Source: Amphiscolops sp. MND2022 (Eukaryota). From it: a stretch of DNA of 64,000 nucleotides. The stretch lies in contig OZ076409.1 in NCBI GenBank assembly GCA_964187785.1, positions 4,280,001-4,344,000 of the forward strand. The letters run 5' to 3'. Positions 26,860 to 38,649 of this stretch are shown here, one piece after another. The translations under genes were made by a program, and so were the position numbers. The notes beneath the pieces were generated by a model. That model was not told the DNA's origin. It saw only the letters and a list, made by a program, of their open reading frames with translations, and searched no databases. Each line of letters begins with the position of its first letter. Within the stretch, counting starts at the first letter, position 1.

Positions 26860-28109
26860 TTATCTCAACGATAACCTGTTGAAAACCCATTTCAAGAATC
26901 CTGGATTCTTCTTTTGATATATCTCCATCAGCTCCAAGTATTCCTTCTACTCCTGAATCATCAATATCAAACACTACAATTTCTCGTAATGTAACTCCTA
27001 CTACTCCTTCTAAAAGACCAAGATCATACGTTTCTGAAACATCTTCTTCATCTCTTTCATAAACCACCTATAACTGAAATCCCTATTACCACTCGTACTC
27101 AACAAACTCCTATTAATACTCCTATAGTACACATACCAAACCCTGACTGTTGAACAATACGTAAATTACAAACATCCTACAGCTATCAAAACTGTTAGAC
27201 TTCAACATCAGTTTAATCTTGTACACATTCCTGACACTGAATATACACGACTACCTCCACTGAAATTACCATCAGAACTCAGCAATACTTCTTCAAAACT
27301 CTATCCTACTCTAAAACCTCTTCGAAAACCTTCTATATCACTATCAAATCTCTTAGACAGTACATCAGAATATACTCCATCAAAAGACACTACAAGCTCA
27401 CTTTTGTACCACAACATAGATATAATCTTCGAGACCTTCCTTCACGCAGACTTAGTACAGATACTTCCAACCTTAATCTATCTGCTCATTCTAGCATTTC
27501 TGCTTTACGACTTGTACGACAACACGCACAACCGTTGTCTTCTGAAACAAATTCCTCCGAATTTATACCTTCTTCGTATGTTACATCTGGTTTTGAAACC
27601 GCCTCTCTACTTTCTTCAGACGCTCAGACTGCATTCCTTTCTGGAAATCTTTTCTCCAAAGTTATAATACCTACTCCTGTTCCTGCACATATAAGACTAC
27701 CTGAATATTATTTTGCAGATCAATCTAGACCTCCAACTCCAAATTTTGCTGACTATCCGCTTCGAGTCGATGGAATAACCATTAACGACCCACAGAACGA
27801 CCCTCGATTTCCTATCCTTGCAGAACGCTTTATCACAAATAACGATCTTTTATCTCAAAAAAAGAAACAGACCTAAACCGCCTTCAGACACCTAATCTAG
27901 AACTTAAACTTGATGTCAAAGTTAAATTCCAAGGTTTAAATCCCCATCCAATATTTCACGTCTCAAAAATAGAACGTAAAACCTCTCCTGCTCCTTTTGA
28001 AGTAGTACACATTGAATTTGAACGAGACCTCAATATGCCTACTATTACATATGGTAAAATCACATTCTGTAACCCATACTCAGGTCTTAAATATACTACC
28101 TCCTTTTAA
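26860..28109 (+). pseudogene. Element A accessory ORF X, copy 2 (start approximate)
   Basis: Duplicate of 18760-20012. Confidence 0.5.
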
Positions 28110-30762
28110 ACTCTACACAACCTTTTATATAACAACTCTCATACTACATTTACACTTATTCAACTTCACCTCTTCTATACCCATAACACCCTCTGATACA
28201 GAAAACTATCTCCCATCGGAAGATCCAAAAATTACAAACCTTATGGTTTTTCATTATGACTGTGCAAAACAACATAATTTGAGACAATTTTACTTACTTA
28301 ATGTGAAACAATGCACTGAAGCTCCTTCCGACATTAAACACGCAAGTGTTAAAGCCCGTGTATATGTCCGCGCAAATGCTAAACGCATTAAAGCTTTTAA
28401 ATGTGTTGCTTATGCAAAAAAAGAAAGAAAGATTTGCTTTCAAGGTTCCGTAAAATACGGTCGTGTTGATAGAACAGTATGGAATCATAATACATTACCA
28501 CTTCCTGTTACTCTTGATCCATTAGAATGTAAAAACATTATAAAATATCTAATGGTACAAATGATAAAATATTTAACAACCTTCAATACAATGAAACTTT
28601 TACACTCTTAGAAGATCATTACTTTCAAGAACGATTAGAACAATATCAAACTCCTTTCACTGTATACCAATTGAACAAAATGTCTACAGGTACCTTTACC
28701 TTTATGCCTGCAGACAAAAACTGGATATACCACCCTACTCGAAACCCTTACTATAACTGTCCCGCTCATCATCAATTCGAAGTCAATTTAGTTAGTCGGC
28801 GATTAGAAATTTCTGGTGTAGAACTTACGTATGATGATACATCTAATGATATGATAATAGATGGACATACATTACCCTGCTATTTTTCAGATGGTTTTTG
28901 CAAACCCACAACGAAAACTCCTTTTACCCTTGTTTGGTTCCATGATGATTACTGCTTAGTACTTACACTACAAGACTTTATTGGACGTATGACTAAAATC
29001 GAAGATAGATATTGGATTGAAACTTATTCCTTTGTACATTCTCCACACTCAATAAAACCCAAAACAACTTCTGGTATTAAAGGTACAGAACACCCATATG
29101 TTTATGCTCCTCATACACAACATCTTAATAATCCAAGTCTTTCACGTTTTGAAGTTTTTCCTGCAGCACAAACTTTTGTGGTAAACCAGACCCACTTCAT
29201 TCTACACAATATTCAGACCTTTTTGTTACATACACTGATGGTTTCAATATGCATACACAACCCAATCCTCACTCTAGGTATGATGAATATATTTCTGGCA
29301 AAATAGTATTGGACACATCAAATAACAAATTCATATTCCCTGCATTAAATGTTCCAAAAAACTTCGCTACCATTGACTATGATGCACATGTAAATACAAA
29401 AATTGACTACACTATTAATCACGTTTTCGTTCAATGAGAGTACAAGAACTTAATACTCTTCATACAATATGTGAACTAGAACGAAATCAACTTCTTACAA
29501 TACTCGCAATGTCAGTACAAAACCCTCATTTTGCTGGTTTCCTTTTAACAGGTAATCGAAGCAACTTTTTGTACGTCGAAGGCTCCACCGCCTGGCTCTA
29601 TGACTGTCCTCATTTCTTATCTCCTTTATACAAAGCCGATCGATGCTTTGACCGTATACCTATACACTTTAAAGATACTCTAATGTACGTTGATCCTATT
29701 ACAAGACAAACCTATGACAATGCTACTCCAATTACATGTGATAATAATCCACGAAATATGATTGAACTAGATCCTGACTCAGATGATCAAGATTTTTATA
29801 TTCTTGCACCTGAACCTATTAAACGCAAACCTCCACTAATGTTTACACCTTCTCAAATTAAAACTACAATACGCCCTACCACTTTTACAGCCCAAGATGC
29901 TGGTAAATATTCCAATGCTGAACTTGATGAATTCTGGAACCGCATCTTTTTTTCTAAACATTCTGACTCTACACTTCAATTACTTGAAAAAGCCCTTAGT
30001 TATTCTTTCATTTCATCTAATACTCCTGATTATGGTGCAGATTCCCCTCATGGTACTGGTAATCCCCACAATACATTACGTATTGGACTACATGATAAAC
30101 TTTTAAACTCAACTCCTCTTTTTACACCTACATGGTTTTCAAATGCTTTTATTGCACTTTTTGGATACCCTTGTTATATTCTCACACAATGTGGTATTTA
30201 TTTTTCTACATTCCTTTTTGTACAAGCTACTCTTACACTCATCGTCAAACTTTACAAAACAAAATCTATTAAATATCATCTAAAAAATAATATTACTTGG
30301 TTTAGTTCTATAGCACATGGTTTCTTTAACATTCTTACAGCACAAATGGTCAACGACCTTCATGATACTCAAAATTAAAAACACAAAAATCCCTTTTTTA
30401 AATCCAAATTTCTCGACCATCTCTCTGACACTTCAACAATTCTAATTAACCATTCTACCGGTATTACTTCCCGTCCACCTTTCTATACTAAACGTCCTAA
30501 TAAACTCCAGATACCAAAATTTGAATTTTTTCCGAAAAGACATCACTTTTCTCATCCGAAAATTACCTTTCAACCATCTACGCTTCCTTCTTCTGAACAA
30601 CATCCCTCACTTCCTAATTATTCCTCTACAAACTCACATCCGAATGACAATATAGCCACTCAACATGACACCTTAATTAACACTTCTGTCACGTCTAATA
30701 CGGATACACCTATTAAAATCTATTCACGGGTAAATTATCAATTTCCTCCGCCATTTTCTTGA
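28051..30762 (+). pseudogene. env: Element A envelope glycoprotein, class III fusogen-like (chuvirus G / herpesvirus gB-like), ~900 codons, frameshifted
   Basis: Hydrophobic signal-like N-terminus; HYDC..LLNVKQC..FKC..KIC..LEC; ICELERNQLLTILAMSVQNP..AGFLL..VEGSTAWLYDC..DRCFDRIPI..YVDPITR..TPITC; C-terminal TM region (FIALFG..GIYFSTFLFVQATLTLIV). After a TAA at 30376 a 127-codon in-frame tail runs to 30762. Confidence 0.8.
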
Positions 30763-30775
30763 ACTCCCTCTCAGC

Positions 30776-32453
30776 TTGCTTGACAACTCTCTTCTAGAAT
30801 ACTTCACTCCTCTTCATCAGTTTCAGCTCTTGAAATTTTCACTACTTCGCACCTCTTCTCTCCAAAACGAAAATTCTTTCAAAATTGCTACTCCTGCAAC
30901 TCTAGAAACTCTTGTAGAAATTCACGTACCGCAAATAAACAGCACACCCATCATCCTCGCAGTTCTCAAAAGCTCTCCTTCAAAAGTTGACAAATCAACT
31001 CGTAAGTGTATTTTATAGTACTTGTATTTTACAGTACTTTAAAGTGATAGGCCTCTTGGAATAGATATCACTGTGATTGTTGATGTTTTTAACACAATGA
31101 CACAAGCACAAGTCAATATACAAAATCAACTTGAACAAGCTACAGCAGATCTCACAACGAGACGTCTTCTAAATGATTCTCCTGTTCTATATACTGACAC
31201 TTCTGAACCAATACCTACCACTTCTCTCGAACAAAAGGAACAAGAAAAAATTGAACATTAGACATCGAAAGTTTCAACTCCACTCAATAATTATGATCAT
31301 ACACACGCATCACCACCTCCTCCGAAAAAAACAATATGAAATAATGAAAGATCTTGTCTTTCTTTCGTCACCAATCTATCCTCCTTTCATATCTGCAAAT
31401 ACTTCTCCTTCTACAAATCGTGATGATCATTTGATTTCACTTCTTTCTCACGATGATTTCACCTTTAAAGCACAACTAACTTCTCTCTACATGCATCCTA
31501 CAGACTATTCATTTCGCTTTTATGACGAAAATCAAGACTTCTTTACATCTATTGCTTCAAAAATCATGGGTCCATACCAAAACTGGCTTGACAATGGAGT
31601 CAAAATCTTTCCTCTACAATTTAATTTTCTTCGCCCATCCATATACGATTCAAAAACAGACAAATCTGATCCATCCTTTCTCTCTGTATCGCAAAAAGCT
31701 ACTCATCATCAAACATACACTAATTTTCTACAGCACACAAAACCAAAGAATTACATTTTCGTTAAATACAAATTTACATCACCCTTCACAATGACAAACA
31801 TCTACACTCTTGATCACTCCTGTAGAACAGGATATCTTAGAAACTATGATCCTATAAAACAGTACTACTGTTTACTGCCATACAATAACACTTCACGCCC
31901 ACTTATTGTACCTCAAGAATACCTTATACATTTTGATGATTTTTTGTTGCCTTGCAACGTTCCTACACAAATAGTAAAACCTCTCGCTGTTATCAAACAT
32001 CTTGTCTCTTCTCCACTAGGTGACAAAGATAAAACATATTATACAGCTCTCTACAAACAGACATACTCATATAACGAACTTCTATTTATTGCAACCAAAA
32101 CCATTTCGTTTATGGTACAAGCTGAACAGAAATCAGAACACAAAGTATCTTCATCACCAATCAAAAATACCTCTGACAAACTTTCCTCTGTCTTGAACAA
32201 TCGAACACTTCGCGATATAACAAACCTCTTAGACCCATATAAACAAACACCTTCTGAAACACCCATCATCACACTCACACATATACTACACTGCTACGAC
32301 AGAACACACAAACTCTTACAGACACTTGATCTAGACTCTCAACGCATTACTCAATCATCCCAAGCATTTCAATCTGCTTTGGAATCCATAACTACTCTTT
32401 TTAATTCAACTAATCTTCATTATATTCTTCTACAGGTAATACAAAATTCTTAA
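30776..32453 (+). pseudogene. Element A accessory ORF Y downstream of env (unknown function)
   Basis: 426-codon open frame 31173-32453 plus upstream frame pieces 30776-31261; codon style matches the element's other ORFs. Confidence 0.6.
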
Positions 32454-32591
32454 TTTTTCTCCTCTGGTACACTATATGGCACACCTTTGAACTACATTAA
32501 AGGTACTACCTAAAGGTAACACATTCTGAATGATTCCTCAGGAATTTTTTACTTTTACAGTACATGAAAATGTTTTCGATTCTTTGCCTAT

Positions 32592-33010
32592 ACTGGTCTT
32601 CTCACTCTGTTGAACTGAACTGGACTCAATTCACTTGCAATGAACTGAACTGGACTCAATTCACTTGCCAATTTCAAACTATTCACTTGCCGCAAATGTC
32701 AAATTTTACTCTAATCCAATAACTTTAATATAATTTTAATCTAACGTATACTCTTATTTATTGCTAATTCATAATGTAACCTTAATAGTGCATAATCTTA
32801 CCTAATCTCAATCTTGTATAATCATATTATAGTTACCCACCTCACAAACTCACCTCACATAGTTGCTAAACCCTCACAAAATTTCGTTTATCATTATCTT
32901 TGTAACCGCAAAATAGTTTCCCAAATTATATCCCCATTGTTATGTTTATAATACATCTATTTAACAATTCTATAATCCACATCTTTTACAGCACACAAGT
33001 CCTACGTATA
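32592..33010 (+). repeat. Internal 419-bp direct repeat, copy 1
   Basis: Near-identical to 33972-34390; contains a tandem 30-mer TGAACTGAACTGGACTCAATTCACTTGC. Confidence 0.9.
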
Positions 33011-33250
33011 AATATTACGCGTATACATATAAATACATATAAATATTACGCTATAAGACACCTTAAAAAAATATATTAGCACCAAGATAAAATACATTCT
33101 AGCACCAAATTTTGTTGTACACCTTTGACTTGTCATTGTCAAACTTCTCAAACGTTCTTTGTTTTAGAAACATCTATTCTTCTTCCTCCTCCTTCCGCAT
33201 TCTTCCAAAACATTCCCACTTCTTTCTCACATCTTCAGAACTTCGTCACC

Positions 33251-33699
33251 ATGGCTCCCAATGCTGAAACAGAAGACGTTATTACCATGCCTCAGATTTC
33301 TCAAAGGTGCACAGCCTCAAAGCCGCCATTTTTCACACAATGGCCTAAACACTTTCTCTGGATCAACTAGAACAAAATTACACCAAAAACTCTTATCGCT
33401 TTTCTCAAAGTTTTATATAACGTTGCCCAGATAAAGAAGAAAAAATCACTTTTGAACAGTACTCTCGATTTCATGTAGCTGGCCCAAAAATCGCAATATG
33501 CAAAACTGCTTCAAATGCTGTTTTTGTTTTAAATTCCTCATTCACATCAAAGGATCAATATTTCCACACTGCCATACAAGAAGCAACGACTGCTCTCAAC
33601 AACATCCTCCAAGATTTTGGGTACACTCAAACTCTTGAGTACTACGACCCTAATGTTCATCAAGCACATCCTCCGCCGCAACATCCTCTGTTTCAATGA
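33251..33699 (+). pseudogene. Element A small accessory ORF Z (~150 codons, disrupted)
   Basis: ACCATGG start (MAPNAETEDV) and an open 3' portion KITFEQYSRFHVAGPKIAIC...HPPPQHPLFQ*. Confidence 0.35.
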
Positions 33700-33971
33700 T
33701 TAACTAACACTTTCACTCACCTTCATTTACTCTTCAACTACATCTCATCTTCACTCCTTCATCTTTCTTCGATGATATCCCGAGATGTGGTTGCTGATCA
33801 CTCCTCCAAAGAACTTCGCTGACACTTCTCACTGCTTCATGCACACCCTCCAGATGGTCAACATCATCCATCGCCACTGGGCCACTGGGTTCTTCAACCT
33901 TGACAACCTGCTTCTGCCTCTGTCAACTGGTCTTCACAACCGTCACTGCAACGCTGACTTCTTTCTACTTG

Positions 33972-34390
33972 ACTGGTCTTCTCACTCTGCTGAACTGAAC
34001 TGGACTCAATTCACTTGCATGGAACTGAACTGGACTCAATTCACTTGCCAATTTCAAACTTTTCACTTGCCGCAAATGTCAAATTTTACTCTAATCCAAT
34101 AACTTTAATAGAACTTTAATCTAACGTATACTCTTATTTATTGCTAATTCATAATGTAATCTTAATAGTGCATAATCTTACTTAGTCTCAATCTCGTATA
34201 ATCATATTATAGTTACCCACCTCACAAACTCACCTCACAAAGTTGCTAAACCCTCACAAAATTTCGTCTATCATTATCTTTGTAACCGCAAAAAATTTTC
34301 TCAAACTATATCCCCATTGTTATGTGTAAAATACATCTATTTAACAATTCTATAATCCACATCTTTTACAGCACACAAGTCCTACGTATA
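33972..34390 (+). repeat. Internal 419-bp direct repeat, copy 2
   Basis: Near-identical to 32592-33010. Confidence 0.9.
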
Positions 34391-35106
34391 GTACAAAAAT
34401 TTCCTAAGATTTTGACAAAAATTGTTTTTACATAACATGCTTCCTACATCTTTATTTTACTTCCCCAAAAACTTTCCCCAAAGTTTTCAAAATTTTTCTT
34501 CTGAACCTTTCAAAACTTCAACTTCTCATTTTTCGATGTTTGAAACTTGCAATTGTCAAAGTTTTTTTAATTTCAGAACTTCTTGCTTCTGCTTTACTCG
34601 TCACTTTCGTTGAAAATGAACTCTCACTAGAACCTTGACTTTTGGAAACTTCTTCACTTTTGGTTCACATACCCGCCAATGTTGGTTCACAACTCATTGA
34701 CAACTTCACGCTTTAATTCTTCAACTTGAAAAGTTTTCAATGCTGACTAACTCATGTTGATAAAATTTTTTCAAACAAGCTGATGGCTGATACGAAAAAG
34801 AAACATGAAATAGTTAATAGTTGTCAAACATAACTTGAACAAAACTGTCAGTCAAAGAAACTGGAAGAAACTGAACCTTTTTGCACCAATTGAATCGTCT
34901 ATGACGTAAGAAGTCAAATTGTCTAAGGTTGTTCTCACTCCTTAAGTATAGTACTTTTCAGAACAAAACTCACGCATAACTCATATGAAACAAACCCATG
35001 CATAAAAAATCTGAAACAGAAATTTTAACATTTGAGACAGAAACTTTAGAACTCCTCAAACCCAAAATGCAAGTATGTAATTTTATTTTTCAAATTCCCG
35101 GTTGAT

Positions 35107-35529
35107 TGTGATGCCATGATGCATGTCCTCAAAGATTCTATAAATCTGAAATAGTCTGAACTCCTAACCAAAGTGATTAGTAAATGTAATTTCATTTGAT
35201 AGCTAATTATCTTAGAAGAAACTTCATTTAATATATCTTGTAACAAGCTTCTCAGCTGTATCCTGTTACTGTCACTTTCTTCTTGATGTAAATGAATTGA
35301 ATCTACCCTAGTTGATAAGATATATCTACTTGGAGAAATTGAGATTCTAATCCACCAAACAGTCGTGTTTTCGACTTAGAACTTAACTGAGATCTCAGAA
35401 AGACTAGACCTTAGAAATAGCTAGCCAAACAGACTTGAAATAAGACGACCTCGCTGTTAAATTCTTAGACTTCTCATGTCTGTAATAAAACATCTTAAAG
35501 AAACAACCACCACACTTTTTAACAGCTCA
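35107..35529 (+). repeat. Element A 3' LTR (423 bp)
   Basis: Direct repeat of 8615-9036; AATAAA at 35484; followed by TSD CTAT. Confidence 0.95.
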
Positions 35530-35899
35530 CTATATAGCTAGTTTGTTCGCATGTGAAAGTTTTGAACCTCTTGTCTCACGAAAAACTGCAAAAAGAGCAA
35601 TGAATTGCTGAAAAAAACTACATAACCTGAAAAACTTCGACTTAAGGGGTGAATTCAAGTGATATTTCTGAGTAAAAATTGCAATCATCTTTTGTTGAAT
35701 ATGTATAAAGTTCTAATCTACGCACTCTACTCATAATACAAACAAATAACCAGAACAAGGTTTCCTTGGTTCTACGAAACACGTTTTCCGGACTGAAAAC
35801 ATCAAAAAACGCAAAGTCACAAAACTGAAACATTTGTGAAGGAGCATATTGCACTTCTTAGTTTCGGTATTTGAGAAATTGGTTCGAAAATCGCAGCTG

Positions 35900-36303
35900 T
35901 GTGACGTCATGATGCATGACATCAAGAATCTTAAATTTGTAAAAGTATAATTAAACCTTGTGACCTAATAGCATGACAGATGTCTTTCTACTCAGAAGTT
36001 AATACTTCATCATTGAGATGCTGATATTTCATTATAAATGTAATCTCTTGAACTTCATCGTATAATTATTTGAAGTCTATTTAATCTCATTATTGATTGA
36101 TATACTAACTCGAATGTTGTAATCAACCAGTACTCTCATCCTCGAAGAGAAAGAATTCTGAGATCTCAGTCTGAATAGTCCTACTCATTTCATTGAAATA
36201 AGTATAGCTAGCTAGACGGTACTCTGTTAAGACTTAGTAAGAACTTCTTATGTATTCACTAAATGAAATAAAGTCAAACATCCAACAAGTCTTTAACAGC
36301 TCA
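35900..36303 (+). mobile_element. Solo LTR (404 bp) of a sister family of element A
   Basis: TGTGACGTCATGATGCATG...TTTAACAGCTCA termini resemble the A LTRs; 4-bp TSD GCTG; interior diverged (shares CTGAGATCTCAG, ATAGCTAGC, CTGTTAA). Confidence 0.88.
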
Positions 36304-36715
36304 GCTGCAAAAAGATTGAAACACGAAAACAGATATCCAGTGGGAGGCATTCCAGGCTTGCTCATCAGCAACTGAAAAATTGAAGACTTAGTAGTTCAGA
36401 ACTATTGTCTTCTAGTAATTTTTCTGTCGAAAAAATTGCACAATGCCAAAAAACTCACAGAGTCAAATATTCAGAACCGCTAAATTTTTGTCATTACCAA
36501 ATGTATCTAACAAATTAAAGGGCAACCATTTAGTTAAATTGAAGGTTTTCGTAAACCAAACATTGCACAGTGCCGAAAGAAAAACAAAAAAAAAGAGTTT
36601 CTTGATCTTCCTCCATCTTGTCGAGCCTTACCTAAATTGCTCTACCGCTTCACTCGAAGCTTCATACTCCGCCTTTGGAGGCCCCGCCACGACAAGCCAG
36701 GAGCCTGGGGAGTGA

Positions 36716-37458
36716 TGTAACGGCAAGCTCTGGTACAGCAATATCAACCAACTTTGCAACTTCGACATGTTCAGAAAATTTTGTCAAAAATTCGTTCAAA
36801 TTTGACGTGGCACTCAAACATGCTCAAGACGAAGTACCTGCCAGAAAAGCACCCCAGAAAAGCAGAAATCGCCGCTCGCGACGAACAAGCACCGGAGACG
36901 ACTAAAAAGACGTCCCCAACGCAGACAGAACACGGTATTGTGTCAATCTCTAGGAGATATCCATTACTACAGTAAAGGAAACCAGTGTTCCAGATGTTCG
37001 CCTGAGTATCCCTGCGGTATCCTGTGTGGCAACTAGCGCTAGCGCTGGGAACCTGAGGTCAATTTTCATCAAATGACTCTGAACTCTTGATTTCTTGTTG
37101 TATTTTTCGATGTGGTAAATTAATATGCTCGAGAGCTGTTGTTTAACATCTGTTTATCCAATTTGGCGATTTTATCAGATTCTCCAATATTACGGTTCAA
37201 CCTTCATCGATTTTCAGCCCAATTTTTAAAGGCTAGTTGAGCAGTGGTCTTGAGTCTTGCAAGATGCCTGTTACTTTTAGCAGTTACAGACTAGGACCAG
37301 GCCAGAGAGCGTCCTACAAGACGGTTCCCCCACCTTGGGACTGGCTCCTTCGGAGGGAAAATGAGCTAGGGCCGCGGAGATCAAGGTCCCAGATTACATT
37401 CGCTGTTCTAGTTCCTCCACTCTACGTTGCGGTTCAAGCGCCAGCGCTTATCGTTACA
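36716..37458 (+). repeat. Element B 5' LTR
   Basis: Direct repeat of 54878-55620. Confidence 0.95.
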
Positions 37459-37473
37459 TAGAAACTCATTTCT

Positions 37474-37491
37474 TGGCGACCACAGAGGGAT
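37474..37491 (+). promoter_or_regulatory. Element B PBS (tRNA-Arg-like)
   Basis: TGGCGACCACAGAGGGAT resembles the complement of animal tRNA-Arg(UCG) 3' ends; 15 nt downstream of the LTR. Confidence 0.75.
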
Positions 37492-38649
37492 CGTCTTGGG
37501 AAGCTTTCCCTAGCGGTTTTTAAAAGATCTGGCCCCCTGGTGTTCAGCGCCAAGCCCGTTTTCGACTCTGGACAGGAGAGAAGAGCAGAGTTTTACCTCT
37601 TTTTAGTCGTATTACGTCTTACTGGAACTGGGAGAGGCGTTGAACCAGAGAAAATGCCGAAGAAAACGTGTTTTCAGGTGCGAAAATGGTATTTTTGGGC
37701 ATTTTAGAAGAAAATCGCTCTTTATGTGTGATGTGTTGTATACCCATCAGCGGGTACCTTTTTGCAGGTGTAGAGGACCGTAGCACGTGGCTACGGGTGT
37801 CTAACAGGTTTTTTGAGCTATTTTCAGCCATTTTATGCCATGCAAGAGGGTAACGGATGGATGGTTGACCATACTCCAGCGAGGCGAAGGAGGGGACAAA
37901 TCTTGTGTTGCCTACTTCCTATTCCCATTTCTCGTGGAGACGTCCTAGAGGCATGGTTTTTGGTGGACAGCAAGTGCAACGACAGACGGTGCCAATGGTC
38001 CCACCCGCGTGTTTCTATCTGGTCTAGAAGTGGAGAAATAACGTGGTGAAGATGCACCCCCTAGGACCAGATGAGTCCCTCAGATGGAGTATGGTTGGCG
38101 AAAATTTTGAAAATACACCTCTTTCGATGGAGAATCGTTGGTGCAGGTCAGTGACGTTCTACCATAAATGTAACGACCCCCAACGAAGTGCTTTTCTGCG
38201 AAAAATATAGCACTTGGAGAAAAAAACCTCATTTTTGCGTTTTTTTGGTGTTTTTCTTGGTTTCGAGCACTAGTGCTCACAGAAGCCAGGAAAGCGTGGT
38301 GGAAAGTTTTGAAAAAGCAGCTGCAAGGCTCGAGAAAACCGGCACGAGGCACGAAAGGCGAAGTTGGAGCCTTTGATTGTGATAAAAGTGCCAATTTGAT
38401 GCCGAAAAATGTGAAAAAAGTGGAAATTTGGCCAAAAAGGCACCCAAAATGTGAACGTACACGAGTGTGGAAGTGTAAAACGACAGTGTACGGCACTATC
38501 CCAAGTGTAGTTGACTCTCAGGATACTAATTGTAACTTTTGTAGCGGACTCAGGCAGCCTGGGGCTGATACAGTGCGAAAAACTTGTGATTTTTGGCATT
38601 TCCGAGTAGAGAAAGTGCATTAACCAAAAACACCCAGAGCAAAGCTTAT

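Larger units (their letters stand above)
11993..28468 (+). repeat. Head-to-tail tandem duplication of gag(3')-pol-ORF X-env(5'): 11993-20371 and 20373-28468
   Basis: Collinear near-identity, offset ~8380 before and ~8100 after the 314-bp insertion. Confidence 0.95.
8615..35529 (+). mobile_element. Element A: giant env-bearing Ty3/Gypsy-type LTR retrotransposon (endogenous virus-like), decayed, with internal tandem duplication
   Basis: Paired LTRs TGTGATG...CAGCTCA, 4-bp TSD CTAT (8611-8614, 35530-35533), PBS, gag-PR-RT-RH-IN order, env-like and accessory ORFs. Confidence 0.95.

Noticed and set aside
28051..30762. Errantivirus baculovirus-F-type env
   Set aside because: No furin site followed by the F-type fusion peptide pattern was seen; the Cys pattern fits class III proteins better.
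32592..34390. Nested small LTR element (TRIM) defined by the 419-bp repeats
   Set aside because: No TG..CA termini, TSD, PBS or PPT; composition matches host element A.
36675..37461. Short ORFs in the element B LTR (repeated at 54810-55830)
   Set aside because: They recur only because the LTR is repeated; no coding signature.
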